From NCBI RefSeq assembly GCF_009914755.1, contig NC_060925.1: a stretch of 64,000 nucleotides of DNA. The stretch is one strand, 5' to 3'. Within the stretch, counting starts at the first letter, position 1. Each line of letters starts with the position of its first letter. This document shows positions 28,801-42,039 of this stretch, one piece after another. Source of the DNA: the human T2T-CHM13v2.0 reference genome, Homo sapiens. The notes under the pieces were generated by a model. That model ran no database searches, was not told the DNA's origin, and was given only the letters and a program-made list of their open reading frames with translations. A program made the position numbers and the translations under genes.

Positions 28801-31766
28801 TCCCTCACACACATATACACATACCACCCACAACACATGTACTGTATCTCTTTAGTTTGTAAAAAGGTGCAGACATTCCATTTAAATAAAAATTTTAAAT
28901 GAAATTAAATTTTTACGTAAAGTCTGCTGATTCAAAAGAACATAAGAACATTGCCTAAAATGGATCTGCCTCTCAAATTCAGGCAGATTGTATTGTAATT
29001 CAGACAAACAAAACAATTAGAAAAGAAAGAGTGAGTGCATATATTTTTTTTACTCGAAAAAAGCTGACTTTTTAGAAACACTTGAATATTTTCATAACTT
29101 TTAAGCTTTAAGTCGTTACATTAAAAGTACCTAATGCTAGCCAAACACTATTGTAAATGTTCCATCTAGCTGGCGAAGATCGCCTGATTTGAGTGCAGGA
29201 CTGGATTTATGGCTGTTTTCTTTCTGTTAAGATTTTGGCTGAAGCATAGCTGAGCATTTAGGGGAAATTGTGGAAATTTAAGAACGTATCATAGGAGTAG
29301 AAATGCTAAGCCTCTCACTTTTATATTTAGCGATAACAGCTAATATTTTCATTTACCAGATATAATTCAGTATATGCCTGACACATACAAGTACTTAAGC
29401 TTCACAACATATCTGGGAAAAAGAAAAATTTATATTCCCAATTTTACAAATAAGGAACGTGTGGATGAGTGGTTGGGGAAGATGAGTAATTTTCCCCAGG
29501 TCTTAAAAAGCAAAGCTAGGATCCAAACCTGGGAATCCTGACACTTGAATGCTACCTTCTAATATCTAAAAGTTTTTAGCATTTTTTCTTTTTACATAAA
29601 TATTTTAAACACACCCACACAATGCAAGTTTAATTCTCATATATTGTAAAAATTCAAATATAGCTGATCCTGGCCATGCATCTCACTTCTAAACAAATGT
29701 TTCTAATTAATATTTGTTTAATTCTGTATATAGGTTTTTCAGAGAATCAGTTCCAGAGAATTAAATTTGTTTGAATTTGTAGTGTATAGCATGGAAGACA
29801 GGCTGAGTAATGAAACATAAAAAAGAACATTTTAAAACTTGAATTATTAAGAAATCTCATTATTAGAATTTAAGAAATTAAAAAGTCATAAGCAAATTCG
29901 TGAAAAATAAAGTAAGGTCATGAACAACCTACAGTAGAATCCAAACGTATTTAGTAATAACAAAACAATATTTGGACATGTAACACATGCTTTGTATTTT
30001 TTTTATTGTTTTTATAGTTTTGCTTTTAGAACCAATCACAAATGGTTGAAGGGATATTTCAAATTTATTCCTAAGCAAATAGGAGATATTGATTTTCAAA
30101 AATATACTGACAGTTTAAGGTGTCAGCAAAAGATTTGGGTGTGTAAGATATACTATAAAATACATAAGTATTCTCATATGATTCTCATTTTTTTCTTAAC
30201 CTTAATATCCTCTTGTTTTTAAATGCTCTGTTTTTGTAACACCAAATTGCAACAATAAGGAAATGTTTAAAACTTACAAAACACAGCAGTTTTCATTTCT
30301 CATTCAGTATTCTTTTATTTGCCTTTTAGGTGTACATATTTACAGTTGAAATCAGAGACTGGGCATGATTTTCATCTTTTGTCATTTAAACAATAATTTG
30401 TGAGCTGGATATTCAGAACACAGGTTTTGCAGTCAGGTAAACCCGATCTGAGTCTGAATCTATGTTCTGTTATTTCCCATCTGTGGAAGCAGAGGCTGGG
30501 AACTTCTTACAACCATGAATACACACAATTGACCTTAACTCCCTTAACACAATCTATCCCTAGGCAGTATCTCCTGAGTCTTTGCCACTCATAAGCTGAG
30601 AGACCTTGGGAAGTTTTCTTAATTTTCTGCAGGTATTTTTTTCCTTTTGAAATGGAGATGACAATTCATATTGTGGTATATTGAGATGGATGGATAAAAT
30701 AAAGTGTCTAATATATTGAACTCAATAATTGGTAGGAGTTATTAAAATATTAATTTTTACTGTCCGTATAACATTCAATGAAGTTGACATACTACATACC
30801 CATCTAGTCTAAACAGATATACACAGACATTTTCCCTATTATTAGTAATTACCAAATTACATCTTTGTGTACGCCGCTCTTTATCCCCTTACTGTAAACT
30901 CATTGAGATAATTTATTAGAAGAAAACTCTAGCATGTTAGATTATGAACGTTATGACTTTTTATATGTACCATTAATTTATTATCCAAAAGGATTATAGT
31001 AACTTTTAGTGTTTACTGGGACCAGTTTTATTTGGCAAGCATTCCAGATATAAACAATCACATAAGTATTCTCATGTTTTCTTCTTCAAAGTAGCCCCTA
31101 GGACGGCTCTTCTTTGATGCTAACAATTCTGTTACAGCTCCTAACCATTCTGAAATGGCTTTGGAATTACTTTTATTACCTGCCTCTTGGGGCTTCATAT
31201 TGAATTTTCCCTCTCCTTCCATTCCTATATTCTATACTAAGTCTCGTCCATACTCCATCCGTACAGACTTTCACACTCACGCTATTATCTTGTTATTAGT
31301 ATACTAGTCCAGATCCTCATAATCTCTAGGCTGAAATATTCCAGTTGCATCTTAACTGATCTCTCTGCCACTCATATTTTTCCCCTCCAAGTCATAGTCT
31401 CTGGTGCTAATGGGTATCTTTCTAAAACCTAGATGTGGTCAAATCATCACCTTGCATTGAATCCACTCATGCTGTTTCTCTCCTCAGTGACTTTGTTACC
31501 TGTTTGTTTGGCTGACTCTTACTCAACCTGGAAGACATGCTACCTAAACTATATGAAAAAATGAAGAGTTTTTCATCAGTCCCTTTTATTATTAACATAC
31601 ATAGAAGATGACATTACTATACCTAGTGTTTTGTAAAAATGATCATTTTTTTTTTTTACTGTTTACTATATATCAGGCAACTTCTTTAAACATTGAATAT
31701 AGACCAACTCATTTAAACCTCACAACTGTGTTATGAGACAGGCACTATCAATGTCTCCACTCTTCA

Positions 31767-32152
<386 letters not shown>

Positions 32153-34994
32153 TCAGCCACTACTGAAACAACAGCATCCTAGTAACTCATATATTTTTCA
32201 ATAGTGGTTACTCTGCTGCAAGTACTAACTTTACAACCTTACTTTCCCTGCCTTGGCTTTCCTAACTGTGCTAATGGACACAACCACACTTAGTAAAGTT
32301 TAACTTGTACTGACTTCACAGCATGTCAGATGTGGTGAAATGATGCATGGCATTCCTCATTTCGACAACATTTCAGTCTGCCAGATGGCACTTCAATAAT
32401 ATATTACGGTGTATTACAAAGACTGTACAGATATCCCAGCATTTACCTCTTGAAAATACTTAACTACAATTATACCATTTAAGTCTCCAGTCACTTTTCC
32501 TTAACTTCCTTAGCTTTTACAATAAAGCACATATTTTTATTAAAAAACATTTAATAACATACCCAGTGAGTGATTGCCTACTCGTAGACTGTTAAACTGT
32601 CTCATATAAAGTAGCTTGTGTGATTTGATGTGAGAATTTAATTACTTTTTAAGTGAATCTTTTATGCAATTATCCTTAATCACTCACAGGACGATGATAC
32701 CTGTGAGTCTGCATCTGCAGAAGGACTGCCCAGGTGCTTTAAAGCATAAGACTTCTTGTTTTCTGTTCACAGGCAAGTCCATTATAAGAAGAGCACCAGC
32801 GTTATTCTAACCAGTTTAAGAAGATTATCTCCTTTGCTCTTTGCAGCAATACTAGTGTCACTACCCTTTTTGGATAAAAAGTTAAAAATCCGGAGAGGTT
32901 AGATAACTTGATCAAGGTCACACAGCATACTAAGTGATTAAACCGGAACAAAACCCTGGAAATTTGGCTCCAGAGCCTTTATTGTTAATGACTGTGCAAC
33001 AGCTGTCTCCATAATGTAATGTCCCTGTGCCTAGATTCCTGCATGTAAATCTGATAATACTTATTTCTTCACAGAGGTCAGTTGAGGCATAAGCAAGCTG
33101 GTACATAATAACATGCTCTAAATTCTGATGATAAACCACCTGATGTAAACAATAGTATCCACGGAAGTGTCGCAGAAAGAGAACCTGTTTTATAACTAAA
33201 TTGTGGTTATAAATACATGTTAAGCTTTAAGTGGGACAAACTATTTTCTTTCAAGTGAACTGGAAGTCAATCATTTGAATATTGGAAAAATCTGTCACAA
33301 GATTTAGCTAAAAGCTAAATCACTTGTCTTCTCCTTTAGAATTAAAACTTACTTTTAAACATTTCCTTGTACCTATTTTGAGAGCAAAATGGATGGCAGA
33401 TGATATCAAATGAATTCCCACAAGTTCACCCACAAGTGGACTTTAGATTCATTGTGCAGTGTGTGGTTATAAAGTGAGCCATGTTCCTCTTTCTCCTCTT
33501 TCACTGGTGTCAGTTGGCTGCATTTGGTGTACATAGAGCTAATTTCAGTGTATTGAATGAGAACAATCTGGTGTCAGTCACTTACTGTGTTGGTGAGGCA
33601 CGCAGAGAATGATTAACTTCAGATATTAATTCAAATTTTTAACTGATGATTTTATATAACTGAAAAATCAAAGCCAATAAGTATTCACTTTCCAAGTTTC
33701 CATTTTCTAATATTTTCCCCTCTTATTGGAGCAGTAATCAAATGAATGCTCAAATAAAAATAAGTCTATATGTGACGGTAAGTGTCTTATGACATTTACT
33801 TTTAGGTTTATCTTTCAATTTTAAACATAGTTTCAGTGTCTATATTCATGGAGGGGAGGACTAGGAGAAGGAGTAAAAGACAGGGGTTAGATAGACCTGG
33901 GAATTAATCTTATTCCACCACATTCTAGCTAACCTTGGATGGGTTATTCAATTTTGCTGAATCTCAGGTTCTTTATCTATAGAACAAGGATACCTGTCTG
34001 AAGAATCATTACATGAGTTAGAGATAATATATGTAAAGACCTTAATATGTTGCCTAAAACAAAATAAAAAACCAATAAATAGTACTACTATTACATACGG
34101 TTTTCCCACTCTTCTAGGTTTCTACCATATGCTATAAATTAAAAATTTCCATTAAATGAGACTGGTCTCACTAGCTATAATTTGAGCAATACATCTTCCA
34201 GATGGAATCTGAATCCTGGCATCAAGCATAATGTCCGTAGCACCTAAGAAAATGCCTGATCCATAACAAATCTCAATAAATTGCTGTTGACTCAAAAAAT
34301 TTATTGATTTGAAACCCCAAAGTGGCAGACTTCAGAATGGATGTAGATACAAAGTAGAGCTATCCGAGGGACATTCTTCTAGATAGACATCTATTTCACA
34401 TGATGGCCATTTACGTGTAACTTCAAAATAGAGTACTAGGATATTAATTCAAAGAATTAGCATCATGCAATACCATGCAGCAATATGATCATTTTCTTTG
34501 CAGTTTGCACCTTTCCAAGTATTTGTGATCTCATTTAAATCATAGTAATAGAAAATAGGGAGAGTGGAAACAAGAAAGACTCAACTACCTTTCAAAATAA
34601 TCGCTAGAGAATATTCTAAGAGACTCCTTTCATCTACCAAACAGAATTTTTAAAGTGACATAAAATGATTTGTTGAGCAAAATCCTGCTAATATATACTT
34701 GAATCCATTTAAAACCGAATGTGTTGTCCTGTCTGCTAACGCATATCTGGTAAGATGGGTTTAGTCACAGGTAACTAAATTCCAGCTTTCTAATGAGGTG
34801 TGGGCTTTTCCTACTCTGCTGCTATAGGGTCAGGTAATGAAGCTTCATTTACCTATGTCCCTGAGACTAAACTTTCAGGAATATAGTCTATGGTAAAGTA
34901 CCAGAAAGTATGTTTTGATCTGGTTTAAATAAACTAAAATAAGTAGTGATGGCAAGATCTTGGGCAAAATCAGTAGTACAATTATTGCCTGATA

Positions 34995-35362
34995 TATGAA
35001 TATATATATTTAGATATATCTATCTATCTAGAGAGAGATTTATTTTAAGAAATTGGCTCACATGATTGTAGAGGTTTTGCTCACAGGATAGGGTAGGTTG
35101 TGGAGACTCAGGGAAGAGTGTGTGGGTCCAAAGGTAGTCTACTGGCAGAATTCCTTCTTGCTAGGGGAAGTCAATCATTTTCTATGAAGCCCTTCACCTA
35201 ATCAGATGAGGCCCACCCACATTATGAAGTGTAATCTGCTTTATTCAAAGTCCATTGATTTAAATGTTCATCTCAACCAAAAAACAACTTCACAGAATAA
35301 TGTTTGACCAAATATATAGGCACCATGATCTAGCCAGTTGACCCATAAATTTAACCATCACA
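34995..35362 (-). mobile_element. ERVL LTR fragment (MLT2 family)
   Basis: Ends GTTGACCCATAAATTTAACCATCACA, the reverse complement of the MLT2 start. Contains GAAATTGGCTCACATGATT and a TA/GA simple repeat. Confidence 0.85.
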
Positions 35363-36709
35363 CATTCCAACATGTTTCCAGCCAAAAATGTTTCTCAATA
35401 CAAAAGGATATTGGATGCAATTAGTTAAATCAAAGATCCCATCAGCAAAGTCAATAATCCAACATTCTACAGATTTCATGTTCCAAATATTTCTACTGAA
35501 CATTATTCACTTTGTTCCCATTTGAAGCTCTTACGTTCTTTAAATATCCACTTGTTTCAGACTATTTCAGGTCATCAAGGAATTCATATATTTTGTTCAT
35601 ACATTTCCTACCTGACCTAGCATGACAAATGAAACGTAATAATTGGCTCAAATGTGACTGAAGCTCTAGGAAGAATCCCTATAAAGTAGAAAAAAGAAAA
35701 ACAGCATGTATGTGTACCACTAGCTGATGTATGCCACACAGGAATGAGGTAGACATTATCTCAGTTTTACAATAAAAAAAAAAGGGCCAGATAGGATAAG
35801 TAATAGGTCTAGGATCACAGAAGTAGGATGGAATATAGTTGGAGTTTACGCCCATTTCTTTGTGGTACATGTTCTTTTCCTTTTGTTCCATGTGCCAAAA
35901 ATAATTGTGTATATCTGAAGATGCAGACTGGCAACTTTCTTGCCACTTATCTTGTTGCAATTTTCTTTTAGTCTGTGAGCATATGTGCAGGCTAACTTTG
36001 CACTGTAAACCTTCTATTCTCATGAGATAATTTATGTAATTTATAACAGGGGACTAGATAGAACATAAAATGAACTCTAGTCTTTATGTCCTAAGCCATT
36101 TTGTAAGCTATTTGCCAGTATCTTTAAAACTCATTATAAATAAAATCTATAATAAGATCTCTGATTATATATGCTTTAGAAAATAATATTCATCAGGGAG
36201 TCACATGTGACAAATTAGAAGCAACATACTATAAGTGAAAACTAATAGAAGTTGAAACTTGGGTTATATAGCCTTGGCTCCCAATTCCTTGGTTCTGGGA
36301 TGGCAGCAGACATAGCTGGTTATCTGCTTGCCATCCAGTCCCTTTTTCTTCCTTGCTGGCAGAGCTCCAATTTTATTTGGATATCTTTCCTTCCCCACAA
36401 GTCCTGGGGAAGGATAAATCTATTTTCACTTCCAGGATAAATCATGGTTGTTCTAGCTCAAACATTGCCATTCCAGTCTCTTTGCCAAAGATTGGTTTAA
36501 ACCCAGTTCTGAGACTTGAAAGGAGGTCTGCAAAAAACGTTTACTCACTCCTAAGAAGACACATAGAAAATAAACTGCCACTTTGAGCAGAATGGGCAGA
36601 TAGAAGCTACCTAGTTCCTTGTGATATTTTGAGACACAGATTAGACTAAGTCTAGAGCCACTCCACCTCTAGGCTTTACCTTACAGGTCAGGCAAAACAA
36701 TTCTTAAAA

Positions 36710-37430
36710 AAATTTATTAAATTTTATTTTAAAATACATTTAGATTTATAGAAAAATTGCAAAGATATTACAGGGTGTTCCCATATAACCCTACACCCAA
36801 TTTCCTCTTTATTATCATGTATTAGTATAATACATTTGTCACAATTAATGAACTATTATTGAGATATTATTAACTAAAGTCCATATTTTATTCAGACTTC
36901 CTTAGTTTTTACCTAGCATCCTTTTTTATGTCCCAGAGAATCATCCAGGATATCCGGGATACCACATTGCCCTTAGTCATCTTGTTGCCATAGGCTCCTC
37001 TTGGCTCTGACAGGTTTTCAATGTTGCTTATTTGTAATGACCTTGACAGTTGAGATGTGTAGTGCACAGGTGTTTTTTTAGAATAGTCCTTAACTGGGAT
37101 TGTGTTATTTTTGTTCTCATAATTAGACTAGGCTTTTGAGAGGAAGGCAAGAGAGATAAAGTACCATCTATATCAGTATGGACTCATTGATGTTGACTTT
37201 ATATTTTGAGTTATAATCCAATACTACTTTGTCTATTGTATAGCACACCTTGTTCTAGCTTTCACTATTCACTGCTCTTCATTTGGCTCCTATGCCCCTT
37301 TGACTTTCCCCATGCTTTTTTCTTATAATAACTTTCTTGCTTCATGGACAGTACAAGATACTCCAGGCTTATCTTGTATTTATTTTCTGCTCCAATTTTA
37401 GAATTAGCCATTTCTCCAAGGATCTCTGTT

Positions 37431-37461
<31 letters not shown>

Positions 37462-38245
37462 GAGACAGAGTTTCTCTTTTGTCACTCAGGCTGGAGTGCA
37501 ATCGCACGCTCTCGGCTCACTCCAACCTCTGCCTCCCGGGTTCAAGCTATTCCCCTGCCTCAACCTCCTGAGTAGCTGGAATTACAGGCAGGCACCTGCC
37601 ACTATGCCCGGCTAATTTTTGTACTTTTAGTAGAGACGGGGTTTCGCCATGCTGGCCAGGCTGGTCTTGAACTTCTGACCTCAGGTGATCCGCCTGCCTC
37701 AGCCTCCCAAAGTGCTGGGATTACAGGCATGAGCCACCGTGCCTCGCCCCTGGTTCTTTTTATTAAAGAATTGTATTAAAAACCAAGATCAGGACACTAG
37801 GTGTACTATTGAGGTAAGAGTGTCATTGCTTCCAGGCCCTCTCCGCTGACAAAGCAAGGAAATATATGTGTGTATACTAAAATGTATAGATACACATATT
37901 CAGAAATATTTCTGTTTGTAACCATCTGTGTCTGTATCAGCCAAACATGAGTTCATACTCTTTCCAACTCTAATCCATTACTGCGTGGATCATTCTAGCC
38001 TCCCCCTTTTGCTTCTCTGTAACCTCCCCGTCCAACAGTAAGAAAACTGGTTTCCAACATCTACCATCCATCTTTTAATGTTTAAATCCAAATATATATG
38101 TATAATAGTTTCAGAACTATTCAATCATATTCTTGTGGGAACCTATTTTCTCAACTAGAGGATAATGCTTCTGTGTGGTTACTTGTGCCTTTAGTGTTAT
38201 AGGCTCTTTTCATTTACAAAGTTACTTAGATCGTATTTTTCCCCA
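36710..38245 (-). mobile_element. Old L1 3' end (L1MC/MD-like) interrupted by an Alu
   Basis: TTTAGATTTATAGAAAAATTGCAAAGAT…CCCATATAACC, typical of antisense L1M 3'UTRs. Confidence 0.75.
37433..37748 (-). mobile_element. AluS (Sx-like) with a T29 tail
   Basis: Full dimer in antisense orientation. Confidence 0.93.
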
Positions 38246-39189
38246 GTTAATAATGCCATTTTTAATTTAACAATTTAATCTTTGATTTGTTAATGATAAA
38301 TATGTTTAAAACAAATATCAATATATAAAACTTTTTCCAGGTCAACATGGGAAAATAAAAATATTGGGTTAGGCTACTGACCTCTTTTATACTATTCCCT
38401 TTTTTGCTTATTAACAAGGATAAAGTGAATATACATGCTCTTTTGAGGCCCAGAGCATTTTCAAATTTAAAATTTGTTAGTCTAAGGTATTATTTTTTGC
38501 ACCCTGCTGCTTTGGGACAGCTGAATTCAGTTTTGTAAGGGTACCTCCACTGGTTCACACGTGTATTTTCTTTGTAGTTTTTATGATAAAAACATTATTT
38601 AAATAAGAAAACTTTGAAGTATGTAACTCCAACAATGTATAAAACATTCTTATATACCTGTCATTTAGTTCAACGAGAATCTTAAGAAGTTGGAAGGGCA
38701 AATTCTATCAGTTTTACTTTACAAATAAATGAATTGAGACTCAGTTACTTTTATGTTCACATGACTTTAAAATGTCAGAACAAGAACAGAACCCAGATGC
38801 TCTGTCTTCTGTCATTCAATTATACATTTTCCAGAATCTTTCTGTTTTCTCCAAATGGATTCAATCTAATACATACATTTCATTTTTTTTACACTTCCAT
38901 AGTCAACCGACGGTATTAATGACAAAAGTAACATTCCTAAACAGCAGTGCATGGTTGACTGTAGCTTTGCATTAGAATATTGTACACAAAGTACAAGATG
39001 GTGAATGTCCTTTGGAATAAACTAATGACTCTTTCAAGTGGCAGACAGCTAATGCTATGATAATATTTTATTATTTTACAAAACCTTAAAGTGGAACATT
39101 TTAAATAAAATAACATTTGGTAAAAATAAAGTTGATTTTAAAAGTATTGGTGTTTATTACTAATGTCAAATCTTTGTTCTATGCTATCA

Positions 39190-39935
39190 TGGTATTTAGT
39201 TTTCTAGGGCTATCATAGCAAGTTGTCACAAACTGGGTAGCTAAAACCAACAAAAATGTATTCTTTCATAATTCTGGTGACCAGAAGTTTGAAATTATGA
39301 TGTTAGCAGGTTGAAGCTCCGAGAATCAATCTGTTCCATGCCTCTCTCCTAGCTGTTGGTGGCTCGAGAATCATTGGCTTACACAGTCATGGACCGTATA
39401 ATGATGTTCAGGTTAGCAACTTATGGCATACACAGCAGTGATCCCATAAGATTATAATACCTTATTCTTACTGTATCTTTTTATGTTAAGATAAATTTTG
39501 ATACACAAATACCATTATGTTACAATTGCCTGCAGTATTCAGGATAGTAACCTGCTGTACAGATTTATAGCCTAGGTGTGTAGTAGCCTATGCGATCTAG
39601 GTTTGTGTGAGTACACTTTACTCTGTGAGGTTCACACAATAACAAAATTGCCTAACAACACATTTCTTCGACTGTATTCCTAGTATTGAGTGAAGCATGA
39701 CTATACATGCATTATTCCAATTTCTAGCTCTGTCTTCACATGGCTTTTCCCCTTTATGTCATTTCTCTTTTTCTCTCTTACATGGATACTTATGATTGGA
39801 TTCAGCACTCACCATAAATCCAGCATGATCTCATCCCAAGATTTAAAAACCCTATTCCCAAATAAAGTTATATACACAGATACCAGAAGTTAGGACTTGG
39901 TCATATTTTTTGAGGCAATTATTCAATCCACTACA
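39190..39935 (-). mobile_element. MaLR LTR (MLT1B/C-like) hosting a Tigger insertion
   Basis: …CACAAACTGGGTAGCTAAAACCAACA…CTATTCCCAAATAAAGTT…ATTCAATCCACTACA. Confidence 0.8.
39384..39703 (+). mobile_element. Non-autonomous Tc1/mariner element (Tigger3a/MER7-like)
   Basis: Termini CAGTCATG…CATGACTA followed by TA, with internal TCCCATAAGATTATAATAC. Confidence 0.85.
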
Positions 39936-41674
39936 GATATATAGCTTAGATAGAATTCATGAATACATTTTGTTAATTACGTTATCCTGGTGACATTTGG
40001 TAATGCTAATGGTGGTTGTGATAAACAGAACTGCTCCCTTGCATCTTAGGAAAACAGTTTAAGTATGAAGTATTTTGCAAATAATTTAGTATGTTATCGT
40101 TGTTACATTTTATAATGCTTTTGTTACATAAAGTGATAATTTCTACATATACTGTAATTCATATTAACTTGTATTACTGAAGTAGCATTCTGCTAGATCT
40201 TTCTTACAGATATTATACAAATAGGATATCTGTTTGTCTAATACCTTAATCCAGAAAACTAATAGAAATGTAAGTTTATAAGAAAAATGTAAGTAGAAAT
40301 TCTTACTTTAATTATTGCTTTTTAGGTCCTAGAGGCTAGATATTTTGTACACAGTAGCTGAAAAATAATTGTATTCTTTTGTAATAACTCTTTGATAACC
40401 TTCCAATTTCTTATTTTCTTTTAAATTTATTTTATATTATTTGAAACACCAGAATGTAGATGACAAGTTAGGAAGCACAATAACCACTCCCGTTTGTGGT
40501 TGCTTTGCTTGTGCCTTTTTCTTCCTTTATTCTTCGTAGTTTGATACATTTGTGATATTAAAAGATAGTTCTATTTTTCATTCCCAAAAAATTTAATAAA
40601 AAATAAGTGAATAATTCTTCAAATATATGAATAGTGTAAAAAATTCGAATATCAAATTTATAAAATTGCTTTTTTTTACCTTATCAAACTCTTGAATATT
40701 TTAAGATTTTGTTTCCTTTTCTTCGGACCTGGGGAAATGATTTGTATGCTTTGGACTTTTTAAAAAGACAAGCTATGGCTTCTGTGTTGTTTTCTCTGGG
40801 AATTTACGTAGATGAATTTTTCAAATTCAAAATCTAAAACTCCAAACCTCTCAAAAATTGTATAGTTTGCTAATTTTACATGATTTGGCCAAGTCATTCC
40901 ATATTCTATCCTACAAAGTTAATGCTACAAAGTTAAATGCTACCATTTTATTTTTGGTCTTCAAAACAAACTGACTCTTCATTTTAAATGTGTCAATAAA
41001 AAATAATGTGAAGTTATGTATTGGCCCTTTAAAGGAATTTACAGCTTGTAAAATCCCCAAATAGTTCTCTTGATTGGTGAGAGGCAGATGAATTGTAGAA
41101 GTCTGCTGTTAATATTCAAAACATGAAACTAGAAAAACATTAATTCACTAATACCTTAACTTGATTTAGTGATTTGGTCTATTGGATTAGCTCTAGCAGA
41201 GAACAGAACCCCAAGAGAGTAACACACATGATAGATTGAGTTTTGATGAAGGAATGTGGTGTTTTTGGCATCATTTTTTATTGTTTTATGAGTTTTGCTG
41301 TAATTATTTTTAAGTAGTTCTAAATATACCATTTTTTTTTCACATTCCCTGGGTTTGCTTACATTAGGTTTTAGCTGGTAGCATGTATTAGGGTGGCTCT
41401 AAGGAACTTCTTGCCACGTTAAGATTTGTAAGATAAGAAAATAAAACTTAAAAAGTGTCCACTCTGTAAAAGAAAGTTAAGCTATTTACTACTAATGACA
41501 TTACACAAATAAATTAGAAAAGACACTTCATGCACGTGTAACAAAATGTTAAAACTAGTCTTCCAGCAAATGTGTGAGAACAATCTAGTTTTAACATGTG
41601 ATACCCCATTGAACATCAGAGTGATTGACTAGGCTGGCTGGATAGGCAGGTGTCTTCTCACCTTAGTGAGGATG

Positions 41675-42039
41675 TGATATGGTGTGGCTGTGTCCCCACC
41701 CAAATCTCATCTTGAATTGTAGCTCCCATAATTCCCACATGTCAGGGGAGAAATCTTGTGGGAGGTAATTGAATCATGGGGGCGGGTCTTTGCCATGCTG
41801 TTCTCGTGATAGTGAATAAGTCTCAGGAGATCTGATGGTTTTATAAAGGGGAGTCCCCCTACACAAGCTCTCTTGCCTGCTGCTATGTAAGACGTGCCTT
41901 TGTTCCTCCTTTGCCTTCTGCCATGATTGTGAGGCCTCTCCAGCCACATGAAACTGTGGGTCCATAAAACCTCTTTTTCTTTATAAATTACCTAGTCTGG
42001 GGTATATCTTTATTAGCAGCATGAGAGCAGACTAATAGA
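41675..42039 (+). mobile_element. Solo THE1 LTR (THE1B/C-like)
   Basis: TGATATGGTGTGGCTGTGTCCCCACCCAAATCTCATCTTGAATTGTAGCTCCC…GACTAATAGA. Perfect TSD GGATG at 41670-41674 and 42040-42044. Confidence 0.93.

Noticed and set aside
30612-30640. Recursive splice site (TTTTCTGCAG|GTATTT)
   Set aside because: The regenerated donor is weak and lies in MIR-like sequence, so it cannot be supported without nascent-RNA data.
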